IMG/VR virus record: IMGVR_UViG_3300046832_002586
Coordinates: 1 to 64,000 of that record
From: an uncultured virus (IMG/VR IMGVR_UViG_3300046832_002586)
Taxonomy: Duplodnaviria > Heunggongvirae > Uroviricota > Caudoviricetes
Length of the DNA stretch: 64,000 nt
Reading direction: 5' to 3' (one strand)
The stretch's first letter is position 1; the number at the start of each line of letters is the position of its first letter. Shown piece by piece: positions 42,641-52,341 of this stretch. The notes below the pieces were generated by a model that was not told the DNA's origin, searched no databases, and saw only the letters and a list, made by a program, of their open reading frames with translations. The position numbers and the translations under genes were made by a program.

Positions 42641-43078
42641 ATGAATATTAAACAAGCTCTTAAACAAAAAAATAAGTTGGTGAAGAAAACATCAGACTTA
42701 TACCACCGTCTAAATGAGAATAACTCAGTTGAAGAAGGTGCGGTCCGTCACTATGACGTTGAAGAAACTCTTACCGAATTGTTGAACAATGTTGACGATT
42801 TGGTTGAACTAAAAACAAAAATCCACATGGCAAACATGGGGGTTTACAATAAGATTTTTGAGATGTCAGAACTCAAAAGTTTGTTAAAACACCTTCGTGG
42901 TTTAGATTGTGGTGAAGGTACTGTAAGAAAAATGCATCGTTACAGTGATGAAACTCCGATGGTGAAAACTACCATTATTGATGTTGTTCGTCGTAATAAC
43001 TTGATTGAACTTCTTGAAGTTAAGATTGAAAAACTTCAAGATGAATTGGATGTCCACAACGCAACCAAAACAATCTAA
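42641..43078 (+). CDS. DIP1984/DUF6847-like coiled-coil protein
   Basis: MNIKQALKQKNKL...LKTKIHMAN...IEKLQDELDVHN pattern (recalled family resemblance). Confidence 0.55.
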   Translation: MNIKQALKQKNKLVKKTSDLYHRLNENNSVEEGAVRHYDVEETLTELLNNVDDLVELKTKIHMANMGVYNKIFEMSELKSLLKHLRGLDCGEGTVRKMHRYSDETPMVKTTIIDVVRRNNLIELLEVKIEKLQDELDVHNATKTI

Positions 43079-43081
43079 AGA

Positions 43082-43250
43082 TAGTTGAGTCCGTCAGAGA
43101 TTGAATTTTCATCCAGGCTTCGGCTTTACCTAAAAACCATGATAACAGAATTTGATTTTGCTTTTAAAATTCAACCGTCAAGAGATTCAACAAGCAAACT
43201 TTAACATTTAAAACTCTTTCTGATATTCTTTTTCTGTACGAGACTCACTA
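43082..43250 (+). ncRNA. candidate structured RNA downstream of the DIP1984-like gene
   Basis: 5' arm TAGTTGAGTCCGTCAGA pairs with 3' arm TCTGTACGAGACTCACTA; internal short YCAA/TTAA repeats. Confidence 0.45.
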
Positions 43251-43279
43251 CCCTCACTCTTTACGAGTGGGGGTTTTTT
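43250..43279 (+). terminator. conserved CCCTCAC...GTGGGGG hairpin (copy 1)
   Basis: ACCCTCACTC-TTTAC-GAGTGGGGGT plus T-tract. Confidence 0.8.
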
Positions 43280-43293
43280 ATTAGTATTAAAAT

Positions 43294-43449
43294 ATGAAGT
43301 ATATTTTTTATTCGTTACTAATATCACTCCTACTATTAGGTGTTATTATTATAGGTGAATTTTTTACCATAAAATTCCCAAAAACTAAATTTGCCAAATT
43401 TTGGAGAAAATGTATTGTGATGGATGCCAATTCTCAGGATTGGGACTAA
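43294..43449 (+). CDS. 51 aa membrane protein (not in ORF track)
   Basis: MKYIFYSLLISLLLLGVIIIGEFF... Confidence 0.5.
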   Translation: MKYIFYSLLISLLLLGVIIIGEFFTIKFPKTKFAKFWRKCIVMDANSQDWD

Positions 43450-43967
43450 ATGAATTTGATGACAATATCTTCAAGCTCAGGTATATCTGACAATTGTCTC
43501 TGTGCGGTATTTTTAACTAAATTCACAATACTTTTAGGGTTTTCAATCACTACCTCGTAACCAGGACGGTAGTCTTGTAACTTTAATGATTTAATTTTAA
43601 ATTTGTCATAAGAAGAATAACCTCCAAGACGTTTAAGTGTTGAATCTAATTTATCTTGAATAATTCTTTTCATTAATATACCTACTTCTCGGTTTTCGTG
43701 ATGAAAAGTGATTTGATTAAAATCCTCTTCAAGACCAACCATTTCAAGTGATTCTGCAATTTCATCTTCCAAAAAGTTATCAAAGAAATCACGATATGAT
43801 TCGTCAAAATTCTCACCCAATCTATGATATTTTGACAAATCAACATAAATGTCAAAATCTAAATCCCCGATAAATTCTCTATCGGTTTCAGAAATTTTGT
43901 ACTTTACGTTATGTTTAACAAATAAGTCTTTAATAACTTTATTGGCTAATCTTAATTTACTGCTCAT
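43446..43967 (-). CDS. hypothetical protein
   Basis: 173 aa ORF. Confidence 0.7.
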   Translation of the reverse strand: MSSKLRLANKVIKDLFVKHNVKYKISETDREFIGDLDFDIYVDLSKYHRLGENFDESYRDFFDNFLEDEIAESLEMVGLEEDFNQITFHHENREVGILMKRIIQDKLDSTLKRLGGYSSYDKFKIKSLKLQDYRPGYEVVIENPKSIVNLVKNTAQRQLSDIPELEDIVIKFI

Positions 43968-44425
43968 TACTTTAAATAGTTTTCACAATTGTATTTATTC
44001 AGGTTAACTTGGATATTGTCTATCAAAAATAAGTCAATGTTTTTCATTTTCAAAATGAATTCAAGTTCATAAAAATAACAAATACATTCTTCCTGTGACT
44101 CTGATAAGTTTCTATTTGAAAGTTCTATGTGTTTAGACTCATGAACAATTGCACATGCAATATTATTAATATTACCATTTCTGACTTCGGTAGTTGTTAA
44201 AAAAATACTTTTACCTTCGGTAGTTGAATAATTACCATTCCAAAATCCTATGTGATTACAATTACTTGTGACAAATTTATAAGTTGTTGAATCTGTTTCT
44301 TTTATTAATGTGAGAGCATTGTGAACAACCTGTTCCCAATTATCACCAACGACATCAATTTTAACTTGTGCGTTAATTGATAACGAAAAAGTTGATAGTA
44401 GTAAGAAAACTAAGTGTTTTATCAT
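43967..44425 (-). CDS. secreted zincin-like metalloprotease
   Basis: signal peptide MIKHLVFLLLSTFSLSINAQ; HESKH (HExxH) plus downstream EE. Confidence 0.65.
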   Translation of the reverse strand: MIKHLVFLLLSTFSLSINAQVKIDVVGDNWEQVVHNALTLIKETDSTTYKFVTSNCNHIGFWNGNYSTTEGKSIFLTTTEVRNGNINNIACAIVHESKHIELSNRNLSESQEECICYFYELEFILKMKNIDLFLIDNIQVNLNKYNCENYLK

Positions 44426-44453
44426 ATTTATAAGTACACTAATCAACACTCTT

Positions 44454-46349
44454 ATGAAAAAAATAATTGCTGCAATTTTTGCACTAACCACGTGGGTCAC
44501 GTTACAAGCACAGACGTGCCCCACACCAACCACCTCAGGAGTTCACGTTACTTTAGATTCCACGTATCAACTTGGAAAATATAGTGCGGGTTACACTGAC
44601 GTAGGATTGTGCTTTTACAACAGTTCTTCCGAGAACATAACCGCTGTTCAGTTCAGGTTGTTTTATGACAATCAGGCTTTCAGTGGAGTTGACACAGTAA
44701 CCTCAACTAACACATCTTTTTCACAGAGTCTTCAGTATGTTGATGCACCTGCTTCAGGATATGTGACGATTACTTTGGTTTACACAGGAACCAACTCATC
44801 GTTTACAATTCCTGCAGGTTCTTTGTTCAATGTAAAGATGAATCACACATCTTCACTGGCAACAACTTACTTTACTGTGACTGACATGAAATTTGTTGGT
44901 TCAAGTAGTTTTTCACAGACAGCAACAAAACAAGCAGGTGATGACTACAGTTTGAATCTTACAAACTTTGGTGGTGTTTTGAAATCACAGAAGATGTCAT
45001 TTAAAGGTAAGTTTGTAAACGTTACAGGAACGGTATCCAAAAATTTGGCGGTTGCTTTAGACAAAAAACTTAAGACATCGTCTACTTGGACACAAGTTAC
45101 ATCACAGAAAACAAACGTAAACGGTCGTTTTGCTTTTACCGATGTTGAAATTGATACAAGTGCATGGAACGTAAGAATCAGAGTTCAGGGTGACACGATG
45201 AGTGTTGGTAATGTGGTAACAACCGCAGACGCTCAAAGAATTAACCAATACGTTTTGGGTACACAAACGATGACAGGTTTTGATTTTTATTCATCAGATG
45301 TTAATGGTGATAAGAATGTAACCGTGTCTGACGTTTACGGTGTTTATGCAAGAGTTGCGGGTAGATTTACAACATGGGCTAACTCAGTTCCTGATGTTAA
45401 GTTCTTTACAGAATCACAATATAATTCAATTGTTGGTTCAACAACAACTCAACAGAACACACATCCTGGTGTAACCAACTTCACATTTGATATTGTTGCA
45501 GGTCAACCTGACTCAGTAACATACTATGTGTTGGTACCGGGTGATGCTAACGGAACAGGATTCAAGAGAGCTCGTTTGATTCCAATTGAAATTGTTAACC
45601 CAAACAACGCTAATAAACGTATCATTGACGTTACAACTCAATACGACAATAATCTAAGAACCATTGAAGTAAACTTCCCAACCCTTGGTGTTGATGAAGG
45701 TAACTTGGTGAGAGTTCCTGTAAAATTAAAAACATCAGGGATTAACTTAGGAGCGTTACAACTTTCAATGAAATATGATTCTGATTTGTTAGAGTTTGTA
45801 TCACTTCAAAATGAATTGAAATCTTCTTATTGGATTTCTTTTATTAATGTAAATGATAACGAAGTTGAATGGGGTGGATACGACCCAACAAACAATCAAA
45901 ATTTGGTTAAAGACGGTGAGACTTTATTTACATTAGAATTTCGTTCTAAAATGACTCAGAGTGAGTGGAACAAAAGTCCTTTGTATGTTACAAGAAAATT
46001 TGCTGGTGACAATGTTGCAACTGATTTAATTATCACACCAACAGACGGTATCTTACAAGTCTTCAAAAGAGACCCTACGGAGTTATCAGGTTTTGAAAAG
46101 ATGAGAGTTTACCCAAACCCAACTATGGGTGAAACCATGATTACATTCAAGATATACGAGAAAGGTTTTGTTACCTTAGGTGTTTACGATATGGGTGGTA
46201 AAAAATGTGTGGAAGTGTTAAACGGAACATATTCTGTTGGTCAATACTCTACAACTGTAAACTTAGGAATGTTAAGTGCTGGTGAATACATTGCTATTCT
46301 CAGAAAAGACGATGAGTTGTACTCAGATAGAACTTCAGTAGTTAAGTAA
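44454..46349 (+). CDS. secreted cohesin/dockerin-like protein with T9SS C-terminal sorting domain
   Basis: signal peptide ...LQAQ; two cohesin-like segments (AVQFRLFYD, ALQLSMKYD); dockerin-like DVNGDKNVTVSD; VYPNPT...GVYDMGG...GEY CTD. Confidence 0.75.
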   Translation: MKKIIAAIFALTTWVTLQAQTCPTPTTSGVHVTLDSTYQLGKYSAGYTDVGLCFYNSSSENITAVQFRLFYDNQAFSGVDTVTSTNTSFSQSLQYVDAPASGYVTITLVYTGTNSSFTIPAGSLFNVKMNHTSSLATTYFTVTDMKFVGSSSFSQTATKQAGDDYSLNLTNFGGVLKSQKMSFKGKFVNVTGTVSKNLAVALDKKLKTSSTWTQVTSQKTNVNGRFAFTDVEIDTSAWNVRIRVQGDTMSVGNVVTTADAQRINQYVLGTQTMTGFDFYSSDVNGDKNVTVSDVYGVYARVAGRFTTWANSVPDVKFFTESQYNSIVGSTTTQQNTHPGVTNFTFDIVAGQPDSVTYYVLVPGDANGTGFKRARLIPIEIVNPNNANKRIIDVTTQYDNNLRTIEVNFPTLGVDEGNLVRVPVKLKTSGINLGALQLSMKYDSDLLEFVSLQNELKSSYWISFINVNDNEVEWGGYDPTNNQNLVKDGETLFTLEFRSKMTQSEWNKSPLYVTRKFAGDNVATDLIITPTDGILQVFKRDPTELSGFEKMRVYPNPTMGETMITFKIYEKGFVTLGVYDMGGKKCVEVLNGTYSVGQYSTTVNLGMLSAGEYIAILRKDDELYSDRTSVVK

Positions 46350-46352
46350 AAT

Positions 46353-46379
46353 CTTGAGGTCTCAAATTGAGACCTCAAG
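46353..46379. repeat. perfect 13-bp inverted repeat inside the operon
   Basis: CTTGAGGTCTCAA-A-TTGAGACCTCAAG, no T-tract. Confidence 0.85.
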
Positions 46380-46423
46380 TTAGCCCAATAAAAACAATAA
46401 ACCCTAAATTAAATTCAAATAAA

Positions 46424-46738
46424 ATGTCAGAAGAACAAGAAAATGACGGAACCTGGAGTGGTCTTAAGAAGACTATTATCGGGGCGATTGCAACAGCAGT
46501 CACAGCTGGTGGAGCTTATTTCACCACAACACTTTTTGGTGGTGATGAAGAAGAGTCACCAAAAACAGAGCAAGTTGCACCTGCGGCACCTGTAATTAAT
46601 TTGAATGTTGACAATTCATCTAAGAACACAAATTCTGGCGGTGGAACGACAACAGTTATCAAAGAAAAGACAGTTGAAAAACCTGCAGCACCTGCTCCTA
46701 AACAAGAGAAAAGTGAATCTGAAGATGCACCTTGGTAA
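46424..46738 (+). CDS. single-TM protein with low-complexity tail
   Basis: likely ATG at 46424; TM IIGAIATAVTAGGAYF. Confidence 0.7.
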   Translation: MSEEQENDGTWSGLKKTIIGAIATAVTAGGAYFTTTLFGGDEEESPKTEQVAPAAPVINLNVDNSSKNTNSGGGTTTVIKEKTVEKPAAPAPKQEKSESEDAPW

Positions 46739-47453
46739 ACTAATTGTTTTGGGATTAGTGTTGGTTGGGTGTGGTACTCCAAAAGAGTGTCATGGTCAAC
46801 CAATCGGTTCTATTAAAACTGAGGAGTATACCGCCAACTTTGAAAAAAAGAAGTCTTTGGAATCACTTCCACCTTACACCGATACAATCCAAATCCCTAT
46901 TCAAATCCTAAAAATTGGTATCAACGATGAAGTTTATGAAATGTATCCTGAGTTGAAAGATGCTCGTGTTGGAATGGGTGTTACAAACATTGTATTGGAA
47001 TACTTGGAGGAAACAGGAAGATTTGTATTCACAGAAGACAAATTGGAAATCAAAGAAAGAATGGTTCAACAATTCAAAGCGTCCAATAAAGGTTTTACCG
47101 AAAACAAAATTGATGGGAAAGGTAAAATCAAATTAGCAAAATACTTTGTTTACATTGAAGTCTATGATTTTTCTGTCGGTGAAGATGAAGTTGTTGAAAC
47201 AAGTGGCGTTACAATAAAACAAGTAACTCAGTTAGGATTACAGGTTAGATTTGTGGATGCTGAAACAGGAGAAATTATTACAGGGTCAGGTCAAGGTAGA
47301 GCAATCACAACCAAGACTTCAACGACTTTAGGTGATATTGAAGGACCAACATTTAACAAATCAACTGTGGGTGTATCTACAAAAAAGGCTCTCGAGACTT
47401 CAACTGTAAGAGTAGTTGAAAAACTCATTAAAAAAGGAATGTTAAAAAGTTAA
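46725..47453 (+). CDS. CsgG/HfaB-like lipoprotein
   Basis: lipobox LVGC after ATG at 46725; TGRFVFTE and VRFVDAETGEII motifs. Confidence 0.7.
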   Translation: MHLGKLIVLGLVLVGCGTPKECHGQPIGSIKTEEYTANFEKKKSLESLPPYTDTIQIPIQILKIGINDEVYEMYPELKDARVGMGVTNIVLEYLEETGRFVFTEDKLEIKERMVQQFKASNKGFTENKIDGKGKIKLAKYFVYIEVYDFSVGEDEVVETSGVTIKQVTQLGLQVRFVDAETGEIITGSGQGRAITTKTSTTLGDIEGPTFNKSTVGVSTKKALETSTVRVVEKLIKKGMLKS

Positions 47454-47454
47454 A

Positions 47455-47796
47455 ATGAAAAAATTATTTAGTACAAGTGATTACGTTAAGGTAGATGATA
47501 AAAACAGATTCTATTACATGTTACAACAAATGCAATCAAATAGATGGAGAATTACTATCGTTGTGTTGTTTTTGTTTTTCTTTATTATTTTAGGTATCAA
47601 CGTTGCAACATTTGTTGGTATCCCAATTCAAGAGAGTTGGAAGGAAATGTTATTAATCTTATTGGGTGCTTTCGTTGGTAATCTAAATAAGGTTGTTGAC
47701 TATTGGTTCAACTCTGAAGATAGAGATAAGATGTTAATTCAGAAAGTAGATGAGGAAGATGGTCAAGTATTATCGGATGTGACGAATGGTGATTAA
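47455..47796 (+). CDS. two-TM membrane protein
   Basis: two hydrophobic helices, ...LLGAFVGNLNKVVDYWF. Confidence 0.7.
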   Translation: MKKLFSTSDYVKVDDKNRFYYMLQQMQSNRWRITIVVLFLFFFIILGINVATFVGIPIQESWKEMLLILLGAFVGNLNKVVDYWFNSEDRDKMLIQKVDEEDGQVLSDVTNGD

Positions 47797-49307
47797 TGAA
47801 AAAAATATTAATCATATTATCACTATTATTTTCTTCTAATTTATTTGGGCAGGGGTTCACGTATTCGTATGTGGACCCTTGTTCCAAAAAACAAAAAGTA
47901 ATTAATATTACAGGTAACCAAAATGTTACCGTGAACTACCTCGGTTTTATCGGTAGTTTCAGCCAAACAGATTTTGCAAATGGTACTTTTGATAATTGGA
48001 TGACTAACATTCAAGTTCAAGGTGCGAATCAACCATGTGATGAGATGATGACACAAACTCAGACAACTCAAAATATGATTATTACACAAAACATAATATC
48101 AACATTGACTTCTATTACTGCGGCTTCTACTATGAGTGTATCATCAGTTGGTAACTCAATTAGTAATAGTGTAGATAATGCCTCGTCAAATAACTCTCCG
48201 TCCTCAAGGAAAGGTTCTTCAAACAGACAAAACAATGGAACAAATCAATCAAATAACACATCTTCAGGAACTGTATCGAATGGTTCTACAACTCAAAACG
48301 GAACACCTAACACAACAGGAAACTCAGGAGGTGGTTCAACTAATGGTGGTGGAAATTCACAACAAGGAGAAACAACTAACCAAAATGGAGGAAACACATC
48401 AAGTTCAGGTAACTCAACTCAAGGTGGAAGTGGACAGACTCAGCCATCTGTAAACAATCCTTCAAATAATAATTCAAGTCAAGGTAATACCCAATCGGGT
48501 ACGAATACGGGTCAAGGTGGTGGTGGTAATACCCAATCGGGTACAAATACCCCTCAAGGACAAAATGTTCCTGAGAATAATAAACAAACCGAATCAGGCG
48601 GTGGTAATGGTGGGATAACAAACTCAGTTGCAAATGCTGCAGAAGCATCGTCATCAGGTAATGGTGGTGGTTCCAAAGTTAGAGTTGGTTCAATAATTGG
48701 TACGGGTGACATCGTTGCGTTAAGAAGTAATGAAGACGGTTCTAATCAATTTAAGGGAACCATGTCAGTTACTAAGTCAAATACAAACAATACAAAGGCG
48801 AAAGGATTTCTTTTAAACTTCACAACAACAATTAATAATACAAACCTTACATTCTACGGTGCGTTTTCTAATAAGAAAAAAACAAACACTTTGATTGTTG
48901 CAAACTCATCTATGATTGATTTTGAAAGAAACTTATTCAACACATCAACAGCGATGAATTCAAAGAGATTTGGTAAATTAACTATGATGGGTGGTTTAAA
49001 CATGACTGTTGGTGTTTTAGCGGGTGAAGGGTTTTCAAACTTGTCGGCAATTGGTGGTGGGTTTATGCCATTTAAAGCATCTAAAAAACTTTCAGGGAAT
49101 ATACTAATGTTGGGGGTTTATTCACCCTTTACAAAGTTCTATGATGGTAAGTGGTGGGATTCAGGAATCTTATTAGTACCGTTCAGTTCTTGGGATTACA
49201 CTATATCAAAATCATTCAAGTATAACGTGAGTATATCTAGTACTTACCAAATAAAAGGTAGTGTGTTAAACTATCAAATATTAACAGGTGCAAAAATTTT
49301 ATTATGA
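47796..49307 (+). CDS. secreted protein with N/S/G/Q/T-rich linker and beta-rich C-terminal domain
   Basis: signal peptide ...LFGQ; ~200 aa low-complexity segment; alternating beta pattern at the C-terminus. Confidence 0.7.
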   Translation: MKKILIILSLLFSSNLFGQGFTYSYVDPCSKKQKVINITGNQNVTVNYLGFIGSFSQTDFANGTFDNWMTNIQVQGANQPCDEMMTQTQTTQNMIITQNIISTLTSITAASTMSVSSVGNSISNSVDNASSNNSPSSRKGSSNRQNNGTNQSNNTSSGTVSNGSTTQNGTPNTTGNSGGGSTNGGGNSQQGETTNQNGGNTSSSGNSTQGGSGQTQPSVNNPSNNNSSQGNTQSGTNTGQGGGGNTQSGTNTPQGQNVPENNKQTESGGGNGGITNSVANAAEASSSGNGGGSKVRVGSIIGTGDIVALRSNEDGSNQFKGTMSVTKSNTNNTKAKGFLLNFTTTINNTNLTFYGAFSNKKKTNTLIVANSSMIDFERNLFNTSTAMNSKRFGKLTMMGGLNMTVGVLAGEGFSNLSAIGGGFMPFKASKKLSGNILMLGVYSPFTKFYDGKWWDSGILLVPFSSWDYTISKSFKYNVSISSTYQIKGSVLNYQILTGAKILL

Positions 49308-49759
49308 GAAAAATAATTTTAATAATCGGTCTTATACTTTCAGGTATAAACCTTCAGGCTCAGGATTGTTACACAGTAAAATCCGTTGAAAATAAAACAG
49401 AGAATCCCGACTTATCCTCAAAAAGATTCACCTTTGGTGTTAAACAAATTACTGAAGAATTGGCGAGTCAGAAATACTCATTATGTGAAGATGGTGCACC
49501 AATAACTGTTGAAATAGTTTCTATTGAAGCTCCTTCAATTGGTATTAACATCGGACCATTCATGATTAAAAAGAAAATAACTATTGTAAAAACTAAGATG
49601 ATTATTGATTCTGTGGTTTACGAGGGTGAGGGTGAAGCTAAATTATCCGTTAAAGCTGGATTTGCGGAACTTAAAGATGAGAATTTACCATTTGAAAAAA
49701 GTGTATTTGCATCTGCGGTTAAAAAATCATTAGAGAACGCGATTTCTAAAGTAGAATGA
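49304..49759 (+). CDS. secreted hypothetical protein
   Basis: signal peptide ...LQAQ. Confidence 0.7.
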   Translation: MRKIILIIGLILSGINLQAQDCYTVKSVENKTENPDLSSKRFTFGVKQITEELASQKYSLCEDGAPITVEIVSIEAPSIGINIGPFMIKKKITIVKTKMIIDSVVYEGEGEAKLSVKAGFAELKDENLPFEKSVFASAVKKSLENAISKVE

Positions 49760-50955
49760 GGTTTGTATTCTCAATATGTTTACTCTTTGTTTCTGTCCTT
49801 AATCTAAAGGGACAAGAGTTTGCGTATTCGGGATATATCTATGACGGTAATGAGGTTGGGGTTGTTAATGTACCCGTAGAACTTCACACAAAAAGTATTT
49901 CAAACTATACTATAACCACACCAACATACGGTAACTACAACTATGGTGGGGGAACATCTGTATCAGGTTGTGATGACTGTGTTCAGGGACCTTTCAATAT
50001 TGGTTTCACGTTCACTTATTTTGGTAACAACTACACACAGGTTTATGCCAGTTCAAACGGTTGGGTAGGTTTCTCTGCCAATCAAACAAACGGATATACC
50101 GCACAATTTTTACCAAACAGTGGAGCACCAAAAAATGCGATATTAGCGGATTGGGAAGATTTATTTCCAAACACGGGTAACATGAACTATTATACGACAG
50201 GTACCTCACCAAATAGAGTATTTGTTTTTAACTTCAATAACACACCACACTATAGTTGTAGAACAACATACTTCACTTTTCAAATTGTGTTGTATGAATC
50301 ATCAAATAACATAGATATAAATGTCTTATCAAAACCTAATTGTAGTAACAACGCATCTACGATGGGTTTAACCAACAGTGATGGTACTAAAGTTGTTCCT
50401 GTCGGTGGTAAAAACGCAACTGTATGGTCAATATCAAGTGGAACCAAATATAGATTCACACCTTCATCTGTTCAGACTTCATTCTCACTTAACAGAACTG
50501 TTTATACCAATTCAAATGGACAGTATAATTTTACTTCAACAGGATTGGATATTAACAACTATGAGTTTCAAATTAAAATACCAACACCGTCAACAAAATC
50601 ATCTCTATCAAACACTGATGCCAATCATGCAACAGATATTGTGTTAGGTAAAACAAATCTAACGAGTAGAGAATATTACCGTATGGATGTGAATAATGAT
50701 GGTAGAGTGAATGTATCGGATGCATTTGTTATTTACGGTAGAAAATCAGGATTAATATCAACTTGGGGGTCATTACCTTCAGTCAGGTTTTTTATTCCAT
50801 CTGAATGGAACACCATTAAAACGGGAACCACAAATTTAAAATCAACAATTACAGGTTCCCAATCAATAACAATTTCTTCACCTGTTAGAAATGGTTCATC
50901 TAATTACTATTTAATAACAACAGGTTTCTCAAATAAAAACAAATTAACATATTAA
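49756..50955 (+). CDS. secreted protein with dockerin-like motif
   Basis: signal peptide ...LKGQ; IGFTFTYFG...SSNGWVGF domain; DVNNDGRVNVSD. Confidence 0.7.
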   Translation: MRFVFSICLLFVSVLNLKGQEFAYSGYIYDGNEVGVVNVPVELHTKSISNYTITTPTYGNYNYGGGTSVSGCDDCVQGPFNIGFTFTYFGNNYTQVYASSNGWVGFSANQTNGYTAQFLPNSGAPKNAILADWEDLFPNTGNMNYYTTGTSPNRVFVFNFNNTPHYSCRTTYFTFQIVLYESSNNIDINVLSKPNCSNNASTMGLTNSDGTKVVPVGGKNATVWSISSGTKYRFTPSSVQTSFSLNRTVYTNSNGQYNFTSTGLDINNYEFQIKIPTPSTKSSLSNTDANHATDIVLGKTNLTSREYYRMDVNNDGRVNVSDAFVIYGRKSGLISTWGSLPSVRFFIPSEWNTIKTGTTNLKSTITGSQSITISSPVRNGSSNYYLITTGFSNKNKLTY

Positions 50956-50956
50956 A

Positions 50957-51544
50957 ATGAAAAAGTTTATTATCTTATTACCATTATTCTTTCTATCATC
51001 AAGTAACTCTTTACCTGATGTTAAAGTTGATAAAACAATCTACACGGTTAGTTATTCTCAAAAGTTAGAACAACCATTAGAATTAACTTACGAGTCCTCA
51101 AATCGTCCCACAAACGTTAACAGGGGGTCTATGGACTTTTATATTGAGCCAGGCATCAAAACATCTGACGGTGCTGATTATGTAAGTAATATTTATGATA
51201 AGGGTCACTTGGCACCTGCGGCAACATTCTCTGACAACATGGTAAACCTAAAGACCACCTTCTCATATTTGAATTCAGCTCTTCAAAATCAATACCTCAA
51301 CAGAGGGGAATGGAGATTACTTGAAGAACAAGAAAGAAAATGGGATGATGCTGAGAAGTTAACTATCAAGATAAGTGTTGAATTCAAAAATAAAAATAAT
51401 GTCTTACCAACAGGTGCCACGGTACCAACAGGATTTACCAAACACATATACTTTAACAATCAAAGAGTTTGGAAGTGTTATTACTTCCCAAATGTAAAAC
51501 CAACTAAAAAGTGGGGTGAACATCAAATTTCTTGTAATCACTAA
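50957..51544 (+). CDS. secreted DNA/RNA non-specific endonuclease
   Basis: YDKGHLAPAA, TFSYLN, LNRGEWRLLE, VPTGF. Confidence 0.9.
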   Translation: MKKFIILLPLFFLSSSNSLPDVKVDKTIYTVSYSQKLEQPLELTYESSNRPTNVNRGSMDFYIEPGIKTSDGADYVSNIYDKGHLAPAATFSDNMVNLKTTFSYLNSALQNQYLNRGEWRLLEEQERKWDDAEKLTIKISVEFKNKNNVLPTGATVPTGFTKHIYFNNQRVWKCYYFPNVKPTKKWGEHQISCNH

Positions 51545-51555
51545 TATTTAATAGT

Positions 51556-51816
51556 ATGAAAGTTCGGTTAACGGAATCACAACTTATTGATTTAATTAAG
51601 GAGATTGCGGTAAAATACCCTGAACTCCCACAATCATTTGATTTTAATATGGATATTGACAAAAAACCAAACAAACAAAACAAAGTAAATTACATCTCAG
51701 ATAGAATGATTTCTAAGTTCAGAGAGATTAATGGTGTGTACGGTGAGGACTTTACCTTAGAAGTTCTTGACAGAGTATATGAAATTTTGAGTTCAGAGTT
51801 GGGCGGAGAGGAATAG
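51556..51816 (+). CDS. leader-bearing hypothetical protein
   Basis: MKVRLTESQLIDLIKE. Confidence 0.7.
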   Translation: MKVRLTESQLIDLIKEIAVKYPELPQSFDFNMDIDKKPNKQNKVNYISDRMISKFREINGVYGEDFTLEVLDRVYEILSSELGGEE

Positions 51817-51844
51817 TTTACTATATTTTTTAAAAATATAACAA

Positions 51845-52072
51845 ATGAAAGTTCTCCGAAAAAAAATTAAAGTATTTGATGGTAAACCAACAAAAAGTGG
51901 TGGACACTCACAATGGTTATCCAAATTTACAAAATTAGATTATCTTACATTTGAATTTGGTTTGTGGAGGTTTCATTACGACCATTTTTATTATGATGGG
52001 CAACATCATGCTCTCTCTTTGGGATTGATTAGAATCCTTTGGGGTGGGTTTCCATTTAAAGATGAAGAATAA
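51845..52072 (+). CDS. hypothetical protein
   Basis: 75 aa ORF. Confidence 0.55.
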   Translation: MKVLRKKIKVFDGKPTKSGGHSQWLSKFTKLDYLTFEFGLWRFHYDHFYYDGQHHALSLGLIRILWGGFPFKDEE

Positions 52073-52120
52073 TTTAACACCCTAACTTGTGAGTGAAGTT
52101 TTTTATATTATATTTGCTCT

Positions 52121-52339
52121 ATGAGTAAAAACGAAGTTCACTACGGAGACCTGATTAAATGGGTCCATAAAGTAATTGATAGTTGTCAGACATCTGAGCA
52201 AATTAGAACTGCCGAACGATTGATTGATAACTTTTCTGAACAACCACAAATCAAACAATTAGATACACATTTGTATTTTGAAATCATTTGTGATATGAGA
52301 CACAAATGTAAAATGATTGGGAAACAATTAAATTCATAA
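52121..52339 (+). CDS. hypothetical protein
   Basis: follows TATATTTG promoter at 52109. Confidence 0.65.
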   Translation: MSKNEVHYGDLIKWVHKVIDSCQTSEQIRTAERLIDNFSEQPQIKQLDTHLYFEIICDMRHKCKMIGKQLNS

Positions 52340-52341
52340 TT

